Assembly: GCA_013239625.1 (NCBI GenBank)
Contig: MU053588.1
Location: 1,079,988 to 1,143,987 of the forward strand
Direction of reading: 5' to 3'
From: Lama guanicoe
Lineage: Eukaryota
DNA: 64,000 nucleotides
Shown: positions 38,142-50,955 of the stretch, piece after piece
Position numbering within the stretch: position 1 is the stretch's first letter
Layout of the letters: every line of letters starts with the position of its first letter
Notes under the pieces: model-generated
Databases searched by the model: none
The model's input: only the letters and a program-made list of their open reading frames with translations
Told to the model about the DNA's origin: nothing
Translations under genes and position numbers: made by a program

Positions 38142-39171
38142 GTAATTCCCCTAGCCCATTCCCCTTGCCTTGCTAGCACCGCCCCTTCCTTCTAACCCCC
38201 AACCGCCCGCTCCACCTGGGGGCTGAGGATCTGGGACATCCAGGGGAGGGAGGTTCCATGCCCACAGAAAGTCTTGAGACCAGAGACCAAGATTCGAGTC
38301 CCAGGTTAGCCACTAATACATGGGACAAGTCTCTTACCATCCGTAAGCCTCAGTTTCCCCATGTGTAAAATAGAAGCTAGAGAAGATAGCAAAGATCCCT
38401 TTCCAGCTGGATGTTCTTGGGCTTCTAGACCCAGATTCGCAGTCCTGGGGTGGGGTGAACCCCACTCCCACCTACCCTGCTCTCTGCACCCGCGACCCTA
38501 GGTTGATCGAGTCTGCGGTTCCCATCCACCAACCAGATTGGTTGCCCCCAGCATCCACTCTGATTGGTGTGCGTGCCTGCTCTGGTTGGCCCGAACATTC
38601 ACTATCTAGCCTCCCCTCTCTCTTCCCTCCCCTACAGCCCACTGTGATTGGCTTCTTTCAGATGCCGGTTCTGATTGGCCCATGTTTACATGCCTCCCCC
38701 TCTGCTTCTCCTGGATTGGCTGCTTTCAAGGCATCTGAGCCAATTGGCTGGCTTTGGATTCCATCCCCTGCCCAATTCCCTCCTCCTCAGAGCCTTTGCG
38801 TGAAAGTGACTCCAACCCCCTAATCCATTAACCGCCCCACTGCGGTCCTGGAGAGGGGCTGAGGGAGAGCAGCAGCCCGAACCTCTGCTAGATCGGCAGA
38901 CACTCCCAGATGTTGCACAAGTGGTGACATCAAAGGGACACTGATATTGTAGAAAGACACTTGAGGCCCCAGCTTCATGACTCAGGGCTCCTCAGTGTCC
39001 ATCTGCTGATGTCACGGGCTCCGAGGTCGGGCCCCTGGTGTCACGGATGCCCGTGGCCCTCATAATGTCTTTAAAGTGGTGGCTGCTCCTCCCTGCGCAC
39101 CCACGCTTTGTGCACATGTGGGCTGAGTGCATGGGCCGTGTGCATGCTGTGTTGTGTCCTGGTGCTTCTGA

Positions 39172-39309
<138 letters not shown>

Positions 39310-40659
39310 TGAAGAAGAGTCCAGGGTTTGCGGTTAGTCTGGAAGGGTTGCCTTGGTTAATCTCCAGTCCCCTACCTCCCCCACCCCCTTATCAGTGATG
39401 GCCTGGCCACCCCTCCAGGCTTTGTCCTCAACCCCATTATCCTTCATTCTTTACTTTCAGCCATCATCAAGCCCTGTCTGCCCACCTTCGTAAATCTCTC
39501 TTGTATTTCTGGAATCTGGCCACTTTGCTTCACTTTCTCCTCCTCTAGCCAGTCCATTTCCCGAAAAGTAATCTGCCAAAAACCAGTTTGGCCAAAAATC
39601 AATTCTCCCAAAAGAACAATTCGCCACTTCTCCACAGGCATTTTGCAGCAGGTGCCAAAGTTCAGTAAATGTGGTGGATTTCCAAACTTTGGGTCTGTAG
39701 AGGGGCAAATTGCCTGACATTTTTCAATGAATCTATTAGAACCACTTACTCATTTTGCTTCTAAAATACTTTGCCAGGAGAAAGGCTTAGAGACTCTTTC
39801 CTAACTTAAATAATTTTGAGTTTTCACAACATTGGTGCTGGTTCAGGCAATATAATCAGATCAAGGATGACACAGCAAGTTAAACACATTATTGGTGAGA
39901 AAATACAACGTGGTGTGGTACGCATAGCTGACAGCATTAAAGGAAGGGTTAAAATTCTGAACAACAAACGTTTCATCCGTCGCAGTTTCCTATGACAAAT
40001 GTATAGTCTCGAGGTTGTGGTTATAACACTTAGCAGGTGATGTGAAGCCAGACTGCCCAGAAATTAACCATGATAAGAATGAGAGTAATTGTAAATCTAA
40101 CTTCCATAGACCCTGCACCCCACTTGGCTAGTGTTCTTTAAGTTAACTGGTAAACATCTTGAATCATCACTCTTTTCTTTTCAACAAAGAATAAAGCACG
40201 ATCCATTGTTTTGCGTTCTCAAAAGCTCTTATGTCTACAGCTAGTGTTTCTTCAAGGTTTATTAAATACCTTTGTGCCTTGCCACTAGTGTTTTCTTTCC
40301 TTAATGAAGGTGAAATCAGGGGTTTAAGATGAATTTTATTCCTGGAGCCTGTGAGTTTTTGGAAATGAGAATGTTCTTATGGTGGAATGTCTCTCTCCCA
40401 CCAAACCGGTGATCCAGTCCTCTGCCCAAATGTGTGGATTCATTAACCAGCCCAATCAAATAAATATTTGAAAAATATCTTTCAAGTCTCAGAGGCCTTG
40501 CATGTCTTGAGTACCCAGTGCCATTCAGAGCAGACAAAAGCTTTGCTTCTTGTTTACTTGCACAACAGTGTCACACAAGTGACAGTGTTCTTAGTTGACA
40601 GAGTTCTTCACAGGAAGAGGAGCTGTATCTTTAACCATTTAGGCATATAGTCTGATTTA

Positions 40660-40770
40660 TATTCTTTTTAAAATAAATCTTATTTTATTTTTTAATGGAG
40701 GTACTGGGGATTGAACCCAGGGCATCATGCATGCTAAGCATGCACTCTACCACTGAGCTATTACACCCCC
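40660..40770 (-). mobile_element. Vic-1-like SINE
   Basis: aatggaggtactggggattgaacccagg...catgctaagcatgcactctaccactgagcta; TSD ata(t/c)agtctgattt at 40645 and 40771. Confidence 0.85.
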
Positions 40771-41089
40771 ATACAGTCTGATTTAAATGAACACACACAC
40801 ACACAAAGGAATTAGAAAACAGGGTTTGCTGTAAAGTCTTGACTATTTGAGTATATTCTTCTGTAGCATGAAACCAGGCAAAATGGATTGATATTCAGTC
40901 TGATATAGTGATTGTGACGTGGCTATTGGGAAATCAGATGGAAGTAAAACTTTGGGGAGAAAAAAGTCAGGGGTTGTTGAAGCCATCCTGGGCAGCGTGA
41001 CGTTGCTGTAACACCCAAAGGACTTAACTGAAGCTCATTTTCATTGCCTTGATAATTTGATAAATTGATCGTTTGGCAAATGGGTCTAC

Positions 41090-41255
41090 AGAGGTGGTTC
41101 TCAAACTCAAGCATGCGTAAGAATCACCTGGAGGCCTTCTTAAACTAAACTTCTGAGTCCCACCCCACATTTTCTGATTTAGCAATTCTGGAGTGGAGCC
41201 GAGGAATTTGCATTTCTAACAAGTTTCCAGGAAGTGATAATGCTGCTAGTCTGCT
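41090..41255. mobile_element. MER5A-like hAT element
   Basis: gtggttctcaaact...agaatcacctggagg...aatttgcatttctaacaagtttccagg. Confidence 0.7.
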
Positions 41256-42670
41256 CCAAAGAGCAGCCCTTAACCTCAGCACTCTAAGTCCCTTTAAGAA
41301 CAGCTATCATTTATTGAGCACTTATGTACCAGGTTCTGTTCTAAATTCATTATGTGTGCTAAAGCATTAAAACCTCACAACAGCTCCATAAAGTAGGATC
41401 TACTGTGACCACCATGTTACATGTGGGGGAACTGGGCACAGTCTGTCTCACACAGAGAGGTTTAATAACTTGCCTGAGGTCACACAGCTAGGAATTTGTG
41501 CAGCCAACTCCTCCTCATCTTTCAGGTCTCAGCTCAGAGGTCTCCTCCTCCAAGAAGCCCTCCCTGACCACTCAGTCTGTGTCAGGCATGTCCTTTGGGC
41601 TCCTCCAACCCCCTGAGCTTCCCCCATCACAATCATTCTGTCCAGTATTCCCCTGTCATCCATGAACAGTGATGATGATGATTTCAGAACTTCTCAACCA
41701 CACACTGAAGTAGAGAGAATGATCTAATAAGCCCCCAGTAGTCATCACTCAGCTTTGTTATCAGCTGACTGCCATAGAACAATGTTTTTCAAATAGTGGG
41801 AACCAACTCATCAGAGGGTTGTGAAAAAGTTTATCACAGACGTTCTCATTTCTAATTGCACACTGGTATGCATGGGGAGCTTTACAAGATATCATAGCCC
41901 AGTTTTCACCCCATATATTCTAATTTAATTGGCCCATGGTGGGGCCTGAGCGCTGGGATTTTTAAAAGTCTCCAGGTGGTCCCCAGACAAGGCTGAGAGG
42001 TTAAGAACTACACATTTAGTGGGCTGAGACTGCAGGTTGCAGTTAGAAAAGACTGAAAAATTACTACACAAGAATATAAACTTCACAAGGGCAAAGACTT
42101 TGTTTTCTTTTACTGCTGTATCCCCAGGGCCTAGAACAGTGCCTGGAAAATGCTCAATAAATTTGTAGCATCAAAGAATAAGTGACTGATCTTCATCTCC
42201 CATTAGTACATAGTATATGCTCAATAAGTATGTATTGAATAAATGAACAAATGACAGATGCTTATCTCCTCTGGTTTTTGGTAGGTGCTCAATAAATAAT
42301 TTTTTGATAAATGAATTAATAAATCACCTATCTCCCATTTTCCCCAGGCATTCAGCAAAAAAAAAAAAAAATTTGCATTCAGTAAAAAAATTTTGTAAAC
42401 AAATGAAAGACTGAATCTCCATTTTCCCCTTGCTACATTGTGTGTGCTCAGTAAAAATTTTGGGGAAAAAATGAATAAATGACTGACCCTCCACCACATG
42501 TGGCACATAGTGCACCCTCAGTAAATATTATTACACAAATGGATAAATGATCTTCCATCTTCCTCTAACATGTAGTAGGTACTGAAAAAGAGTTACTAAA
42601 TAAATTAATGATTATATGCCTTCTGGCATACAGTAGGCACTCAATAAACATTTATTGCATAAATGAATAA

Positions 42671-42838
<168 letters not shown>

Positions 42839-42923
42839 TGAGGCCGTCCAGCTGTGACCTGAGTAAGGGTCTGTTGGGCCATAGTTGGCCCCAGCACCCC
42901 CTCACACTCTGTGTCCCCCCTAG

Positions 42924-43052
42924 GAGTCCATCAGCGACTTCTACTGGTACTATTCCGGCAAGGATGTCATTGAAGAGCAGGGCAAGAGAAACTTTTCCAA
43001 GGCCATGTCGGTGGCTAAACAGGTGTTCAACAGCCTCACCGAGTACATCCAG
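42924..43052 (+). CDS. RYR1: RYR1 exon 86
   Basis: cctag|...|gtaggg, 129 nt; [14 protein letters not shown]...FNSLTEYIQ. Confidence 0.96.
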
Positions 43053-43142
43053 GTAGGGCCCACCCGCTGGGGTGGGGGGAAGTGGGGTAGTCCGGCATCC
43101 GGTGCCCTGCCTCGCGCTCACGCAAAACCTCTGCCCACCCAG

Positions 43143-43247
43143 GGCCCCTGCACTGGGAACCAGCAGAGTCTAGCGCACAGCCGCCTCTGGGACGCCGTGG
43201 TGGGATTCCTGCACGTGTTTGCCCACATGATGATGAAGCTCGCTCAG
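43143..43247 (+). CDS. RYR1: RYR1 exon 87
   Basis: cccag|...|gttcgg, 105 nt; [35 protein letters not shown]. Confidence 0.96.
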
Positions 43248-44836
43248 GTTCGGGCCCCTCGGTTCATCTAAGTGCTTCCCGGCACCCCTCAGCGGGCCCG
43301 TTTCCAAGTCTTGCCTCAACCGTCAGTTTCTCACCCCAGTATCGGGGCAAGTTCCAGACTGGTCTCTCCTCGTGGCCAAATCCATCTTCCTAGTTGATTG
43401 GTTCTCCACGTGACCCCGCCTCCTCCTCTGCCACCGCCAATCGGCTGGTTTCCCATGCACACTGCCATTGGTCTGGCGTTTAGGCCCCGCCTCCTCTGGT
43501 CCGCAGCTCCTCTATGATTGGTTGGTGTTCTTTCCTCTCTGATGAGGTCACTACGATTCGGACAGCTCTGGGGATAGGATGGGGTCAGGCTTCTAGATCA
43601 GAGCCCAGGGCTGAAGGAGTGTTTTGCTTCTTTATTCGGCCTGCGGCAGATGACGCCTATCTCGGGTACCCATGATGTAAGGTCCCTGTCGAGCCCCATC
43701 TCCCATCTCTAGCATCTTCTTGCTTCCCTTCGCCCCGTCCGCTTCCCCTCGCCCCTTTGCAGCCTTGTCAATGCCTCATGAACACCGTATCCATTTTGCT
43801 CTGCTTCTGTCTGGTAAACATATTCAAAGCTGCCGTATGCGCTGCAGCGCAGCTCAGCATCTGGAAGGGCACCATCCCCATCCTACACCTCATACATATA
43901 TCGGTGTATTTATTACAACAGTTTTCCAGCAGGTGGCAGTATTCTGTATATTATAATTTCCCAACAGGAACAGTCGAAAGGGAGCCTTTTTTTTTTTTTT
44001 TTTTGATTTATTCAAAGGCGCCACAGGGTCTGCTGGAAACCTTGTCTAGCGTCATCTGACTTTTTTTTTTTTAAACGGAGTTGTACTGAAGAATGCAATT
44101 CCTCAGTGTCAGTGAGTTGAAGTCGGGCTGTTGATGTAATCTTAAAATTCTAGAGATTGTTGGTATCTGAGCGTAGAGTTCCAAACCCTGCAGAGTTGAT
44201 TCATCTGCCATAGTCTAGGTTAAGTTGCAAAAGCTAGAAATTCAATGCAAAGCAGTGGCTTAAAATCGATTTATCAGTTCACATCACAGATCAGGTTCAG
44301 GGCCTAGTGTGATGTTAGTAGAAATGTCCCTGCCCTCTCTGGTTTCATTCTCAAGCAGGCTTTACCCATGGGCTGGAAAAATGGTGCCCGTGTTTCTATG
44401 CACCCAACTAACAGCTCCGGAGAGTAAAGAACTCTTCTTTAGTTCCAGGAAAGGATCTGTGATACTCTCTTATTGGACTACTGGGTCACATGCCCTTTCC
44501 TGAACCAATCACGCTGGCCAGAGGAAAGAAAGCTCTGATTGGCCAGACCTGGCCCTATACCCACCCCTAGAAGCAGGAAGGTGGGGTTAGTTCCATAAGC
44601 TCTGAGGGTGGGATTGTTGAGAGAAGCAAGGGCTGCTTCATGGGCAGGCACACACTACCAGCACTCACCCATTTTAGGATCTTGAGATCCTGGAATGTTG
44701 GAATCTTAGTCAGAATGCAGAGCTTTGGGATTGTAGAAATGTGTCAGGATTAGAATCAGCAACTCTAGAACTAGCATAAGGGTAGAATGAGCTTTATATT
44801 CCATTTATCTGGTACCCTTCTTCCTCCTCCACTTTA

Positions 44837-44918
44837 TTAGGTAGAACCATATGAAATTACCATTTTGTGGGTAAAAAAAAATGGCTGTATTTTGGCTATT
44901 TTCTATAGCTGAACCTAA
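44837..44918. mobile_element. MADE2-like mariner MITE
   Basis: About 80 bp, TIRs ttaggtagaaccatatgaaatt / ttttctatagctgaacctaa, flanked by TA. Confidence 0.7.
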
Positions 44919-45522
44919 TACAAATAGGGACCATGAGGCAGAACTTTGACATGTTGGAGACTTCTGTGGGCCCTACATGAGACACTGTGACAGGAGAGGC
45001 AGTATGTTCCCACATTTTCCCCAAATGACTTACCAGAAAGCACATAGCTGTGTCCTGCCACCTTCTTCCTAAACCCAGAGTCCCAGTTTTTCCATCATAT
45101 ATTCATTCAACAAACCTGTGTCAAGTACCCACCATAGGCCAGTGCTGAGCTCTCATCCTTCCCAGATCTGTGTTTCTGTCCCCAGTATTTGCCTCTGTCT
45201 GTCTTTGTGTCTCTTGATCCCAAGCATCTACTCTCTGAGCCACATACTCCTCCCAGGCCTCCTTGTCCGCCAGCCTTTGCCCCTACATGTCACCTGTTAA
45301 GGCCCTTTCCCCAGAAGGGCCAATCCCACCCCCACAGTCTTGTCTCTCTTCCTCTGCTTCCGAGGAACATGTCTGGACTCGGGTCCCCTCGGAGGTAAGA
45401 GGGGACAAGAACAGGGTCTTAGGCCCTGCTGGTTGGGTGAGGAGGGGTGGAGGCAGTTGGAGAAGGGGGGAGGTATTTCTGCTGAGACCAGCCCTCACAT
45501 AGCTGAGATGTGGGGTCTCTAG

Positions 45523-45705
<183 letters not shown>

Positions 45706-46246
45706 TGACATCATGTCAGGGTCAATGCATTGATGATGTTGCTGTTAACAAGCTCAGCAGATATTTATTGGGCAATTACTATGTGCCAGACCCTGACTGT
45801 AAATAATTTACTGACTCCCCAGAGAAATCTTAATAAGGTGCGTGGCCTGGACATTTTTTTAAATGTATGCACTGAATAGGTATTTAGTTGTTTCCTAAAT
45901 GTGTTAGTTAGCTCTTGCTGCCTAACAGATACCTCCAAAACTTAGTAACTTAAAATAACCATAATTTAATACCAATTAATAAAACAATTTAACTAGTAGA
46001 CAAAAACTTTTTTCTATAGAGATTCATAACAGCATCCTCATTCTTTTATGAGGCTGTGTAGTACCCATTGTGTGGTGATACAATGATTCATTTAACCACA
46101 CCCCTATCAATGGACATTCAAAGTATTTTTTAAAAATTTGCTATTGTAAAAAAAATTGCTATTGCAAACAATGTTGACATGAATAATCCTCCTACAGTGT
46201 TTCAATTTTTGGTAACTAGTCATTGACTTTTAAAAATCAGATTTAA

Positions 46247-46387
46247 GTGGGGAGGGTATAGCTCAGGGGTAGAGTGTATGCCTAGCATACATGGTTTCAA
46301 TCCCCAGTACCTCCATTAAAATAAATAAATTTTTTTTACAAACCTAATTACTTCTCCCCAAAATAAAAAAATAAATAAGAGTTTTTG
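46247..46387 (+). mobile_element. Vic-1-like SINE
   Basis: ggggagggtatagctcaggggtagagtg...ttcaatccccagtacctcc; perfect 15-bp TSD aaaaatcagatttaa at 46232 and 46388. Confidence 0.85.
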
Positions 46388-47332
46388 AAAAATCAGATTT
46401 AAAAATCAAAAGTCCCTTTAAGCATCAGATTTCCAGCTTTTCTTGAAAAATGGAAAGACTGTTCACATTCTCACATGGTAAAAATCAGCTGGATGGATTA
46501 AGTAACTGACTTATATAAACGTTAAATCTGATTTTGATGACTTCCTTATGATTGTATAAGAGAATGTCCTTGTCTTTTAGAACACATCAGTGGAAATGTT
46601 TAGGGGTAAAAAGGCCTCATGTCTGCAGCTTACACTTAAATGGTTCGGGGGTAAAAATAGGAAGAGGGGGAGGAATTATAAAGCAAGTATGGCAAAATGT
46701 AAACAATTGGTGAATCTGGAATACACAAAGTTTCCTTTGCACTATTCTTGTAACTTCCATGTAAACTTGAAATTGTATTAAAATTGAAATGTACGAAAAG
46801 AAGCTGGCGCCAGTTTGCTTTAGTGTGGGGCCCCAGCTTACCACAGTCTCCACCTCTCCCTGCTGTCTTACCTTTGATCTACCTCTCTCATCGATGGACC
46901 TGCCTGGCCTCTGTGGACGAGGGGAGGGCTTAGATGTGTGAGCCCTGAGGTCATGCAGTTCTGGCTCCCCCTACCCCCTTCCTGGCTGTGTAACCATGAG
47001 TGTGTAACTTTCTCTGAGTCTCAGTTTCCTCATCTATAAGAATGAATAGTAATACACCTCCCTTACAAGGATGAGATCATGCCAGTGCAGTGCTTGGCAT
47101 GGCATCTGGGACCTGCTGTCAGCTTATGCCATTGTTATCTTTATTGATGACACCCCCGGCTACCAGGGGAGGGAGGAAAAGACAAGACCAGCCAGGTTCA
47201 AACATGATGCTGAAGCAGCTCTGGGAGTGACCATTGCCCTTTGAGGGGAGGTATAGGAGCTGGCCGGGGAAGCTTCCACCAGCACAGTGGGTACCAGGGA
47301 TCCTGAGCTGGAGAGGGAGGCAAGCCCGATAG

Positions 47333-47695
<363 letters not shown>

Positions 47696-49964
47696 TAGTC
47701 CTTGGAGTTGTTTTGAAGATGAAATGGATTAACACAAATGAGAACCATTATTTCCATGATCATTATTAATGGTCATAATAATGTTATTATTATAAACAGA
47801 GATCAGTTATTTCATTAATAAGTATCTATTGGGTTTCTCCTCTGTGCTGGGTCCTGTGCTGGTACCATGGACACACCAATGACTGAGACAAACACAGCCC
47901 TGCCTTCATGGGGCTTATAGACTAATTAATGGGAGAATCAGTCACTAATGACCATTGCAGTTTTAGATATGAGGCTGTTAGAAGGGAGATGCAGGGACCA
48001 GCTCTATTCAGGAGCCCTCTCACCTAACTCTACTATTTCTTCCACCCAGGTAAGTTTGCTCTGAGCCTCAGGCTCCTCCTCTGTGAAATGGGGCTAGGAT
48101 TAATAACATTAACTACCTCACAGGACAGTGAGTGGACAGTGCCAAGAGCATGCAAGAGACATTACCTATTATTATTACTGCCAGATCTTTCTCATCACCA
48201 TGTTACTAACTTTTTCTTTTGAAATAACGTCAGGCTTATAGAGAAATTACAAGAAGAGTACATAAAATTTCTGAATAACCTTTTCACCCGGATTGCCCAA
48301 ATATTAACTTTTTATCACATTTGCTCTATCATGATTCCCTTTTACCTCTAAATACCTCAGTGTGCATCTCCTGAGAACAAATTCATTCCCTTACATAACC
48401 ACAGCACAATTATGCAAATCAGGAAATTAACATTGACACAGTGCTGCTATCTACAGATTTTATTCAACTCTCACTCTTGAAGAAATTTTTTCCCCTGTCG
48501 AGAATCCAGTCCAGGATCAGGGATTGAATTTAAGCATCCTGTCTATTTTGCCTCCCTCATTCCGGAACCCTTCCATGGTCTGTCTTTGTCTTTCATGTCC
48601 TTGACATTTTTGAAGAATAGAGGCCAGTTGTTTCACAGGATGGCCCTCCGTGTTGGTTTGTCTGAGTTTCCCTCCTGATCAGATTCAGGTTGTACACCTT
48701 TGGCAGGAATGTCAGAGAAGTGATGTGTCCTTCTCAGTGCGTTGTATCAGGAGACACGTGATGTGGGTTCTTCCCATTCGTGTTGGTGTTAGCTTGGCTC
48801 ACGGAGTGAAGGTGCTATTTACCAGGGTCTCCACTGTAATGACACTGTCATTCTCCCCTGTATCCTGTGAGGATGTACTTTGAGACCGTGTAAATATCCT
48901 GCTCAGCCTCTTGGGTGAGCATCCATTGATGGTTCTTGTCTGAAACGATTACTACTATGGCAGTTGGCAAATGATGGCTTTCTAATTTCCCTGTGCCCTT
49001 TACCTTTATTAGGTACCATTTTACTGTAAGGAAGAGTTGTTCCCTTCTCCACTTGTTTATTTGTTCGTTCGTTCATTCACTCATCTGTAGACTCATAGCT
49101 TCTTATTTTATTGTGAGGGTTGCAATTGCTGCTGTCTATCAGCATTTAAATAAGCCCAGGGTCTCCTGAGTTAAATATAAAGTGCCCTCATGCGTCCCAG
49201 CCGTCCTCCGAGAGACTCCCTGCCTCTCTCTTCCCTTCTCAGCCACGCCTCCCAAGAGCTGTCTACCCTCGCTCACTCCTTTCTCACCTCCCACTCCTTC
49301 CCTGATTCGTGGCTTGTTGGTTTCTCTCCCTGTTACTCTCCTGAAACTACCTCCACAAAGACCATCAGTGATCTCTTCACCCCAGAATCTCTCCTCTGAC
49401 TTGTCATCTTGGCAGCATTTGCCACAGTCAGCCATTTCCTCCCTCCAGCCATGCCTGCTTCCCTGGGAGTCTGGGCCACAAGCTGCTGGGACCCTCACCT
49501 TCCCTGCCAATCCCTCACAGCCTCCTATACATCACTATCCCTGAGCCTCCACCTTCAGGGAAAAGAGCTAATATGTATCATGTTCTCACTGTGTGCCCGC
49601 TCCAGAATTTAAATGAATGTTAATTTAATCTTTACAGCATCCCTTGTGTAGGAAGGACTGTTTTTTAATTCTCCCTTTACAGAAGTGGAAACTGAAGCAT
49701 AGGGAGGTAAAGTGATGTGCTGAAGGTCACACAGCTGATAATTGACAGAGCTGGGATTAGGCTCGGGCAGTCTGGCTCCAGAGTAGACTGCCTCCAGATT
49801 CAACCATTAATCTAGTCCAGTAAATACTCAACAAGCACCTCCTAGGTGCCAGGCCCTGTCTGGGGAGTTCCAATCCTACTTTCAAGACTGACAGGTTTAG
49901 GGTGAGAGTCTCAGTGGGGGCTGCAGGAGCTAAAGTTGCATCATCTATTGTTTTAAAATGATTC

Positions 49965-50955
49965 TACCCAGCAAAGGAAACCATCAGCAAAATAAAGAAG
50001 CAACTTATGGAATAGGAGAAAATATTTGCCAACCACATATTTGGTAAAGAGTTAATATCCAAAATGTACAAAGAATTCATACAGCTCAAAAGCAATAAGG
50101 CCAATAGCCCAATTTAAAAATGGGCAAAGGACTTGAATACACATTTTTCCAAAGACATACTAGTGGCCAGAAGGTACAAGAAAAGGTGCCCAACATCACT
50201 AATCATCAGGGAAATGCAAATCAAAACCACAGTGAGGCATTACCTCACACCTGCTAGGATAGCTATTATTAAAAAGGTAAGAGATAAGTGTGGTGTGAAT
50301 ATAGAGAAAAGGGAACCTTTGTGCATTGTTGGTGCGAATGTAAACTGGTGCCACCACGATGGAAAACAGTATGGGGGTTCCTCAAGAAATTAAAAATAGA
50401 CCTACCAAATGATCCAACAGTTCCACTCCTGGGTATGTATCCAAAGAAAATGGAACTATTCTCTCAAGGAGGTATCTTCACTCTCACACCCATTGCTGCA
50501 TTATTCACAATAGCCATGGTATGAAAAAAATCTAAGTGTCTGTCAATGGATGAATGGAAAATGAAGATGTGAAGTGTTTGTGTGTGTGTGTGTACAATGA
50601 AATATTATTCAGCCTTTTTTTTAAAAAAAAAAAAAAGGAAATCTTTTTATTTGAAAATGTGTGTGTGTACAATGAAATATTATTCAGCCTTTTTTTAAAA
50701 AAAAAAAAAAAGGAAATCCTGTCATTTGCAACAACGTGGATGAACCTGGAGGGCACTATGCTAAGTGAAATAAGCCAGCCAGAGAAAGATAAATACCTGA
50801 TGGTATCATTTATGTGGAATCTTAAAAAAAAAAAAAGTCAAACTCACAGAAACAGAAAGTAGAAAAAGTGAGTGAGCAGTTTCTATGAACTGGGAGGTGG
50901 GGGAAATAGGGAGAGGTTGATAAAGCGTACAAACTTTCAGTTATAAGATGAATCT
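49965..50955 (+). mobile_element. L1 ORF2 3' end and 3' UTR (sense), degenerate
   Basis: ORF pieces [43 protein letters not shown] and ILSFATTWMNLEGTMLSEISQ are characteristic of the L1 ORF2 C-terminus. Confidence 0.9.

Noticed and set aside
46247..46320. tRNA-like sequences with A and B boxes (also at about 3360, 22000, 35585, 40700, 53520 and 56060)
   Set aside because: They carry A-rich tails and TSDs and share a SINE body, so they are SINEs rather than tRNA genes.
50133..50862. ORFs with recognisable protein motifs in intron 89
   Set aside because: Frameshifted L1 ORF2 remnants; not an intact element or a nested gene.
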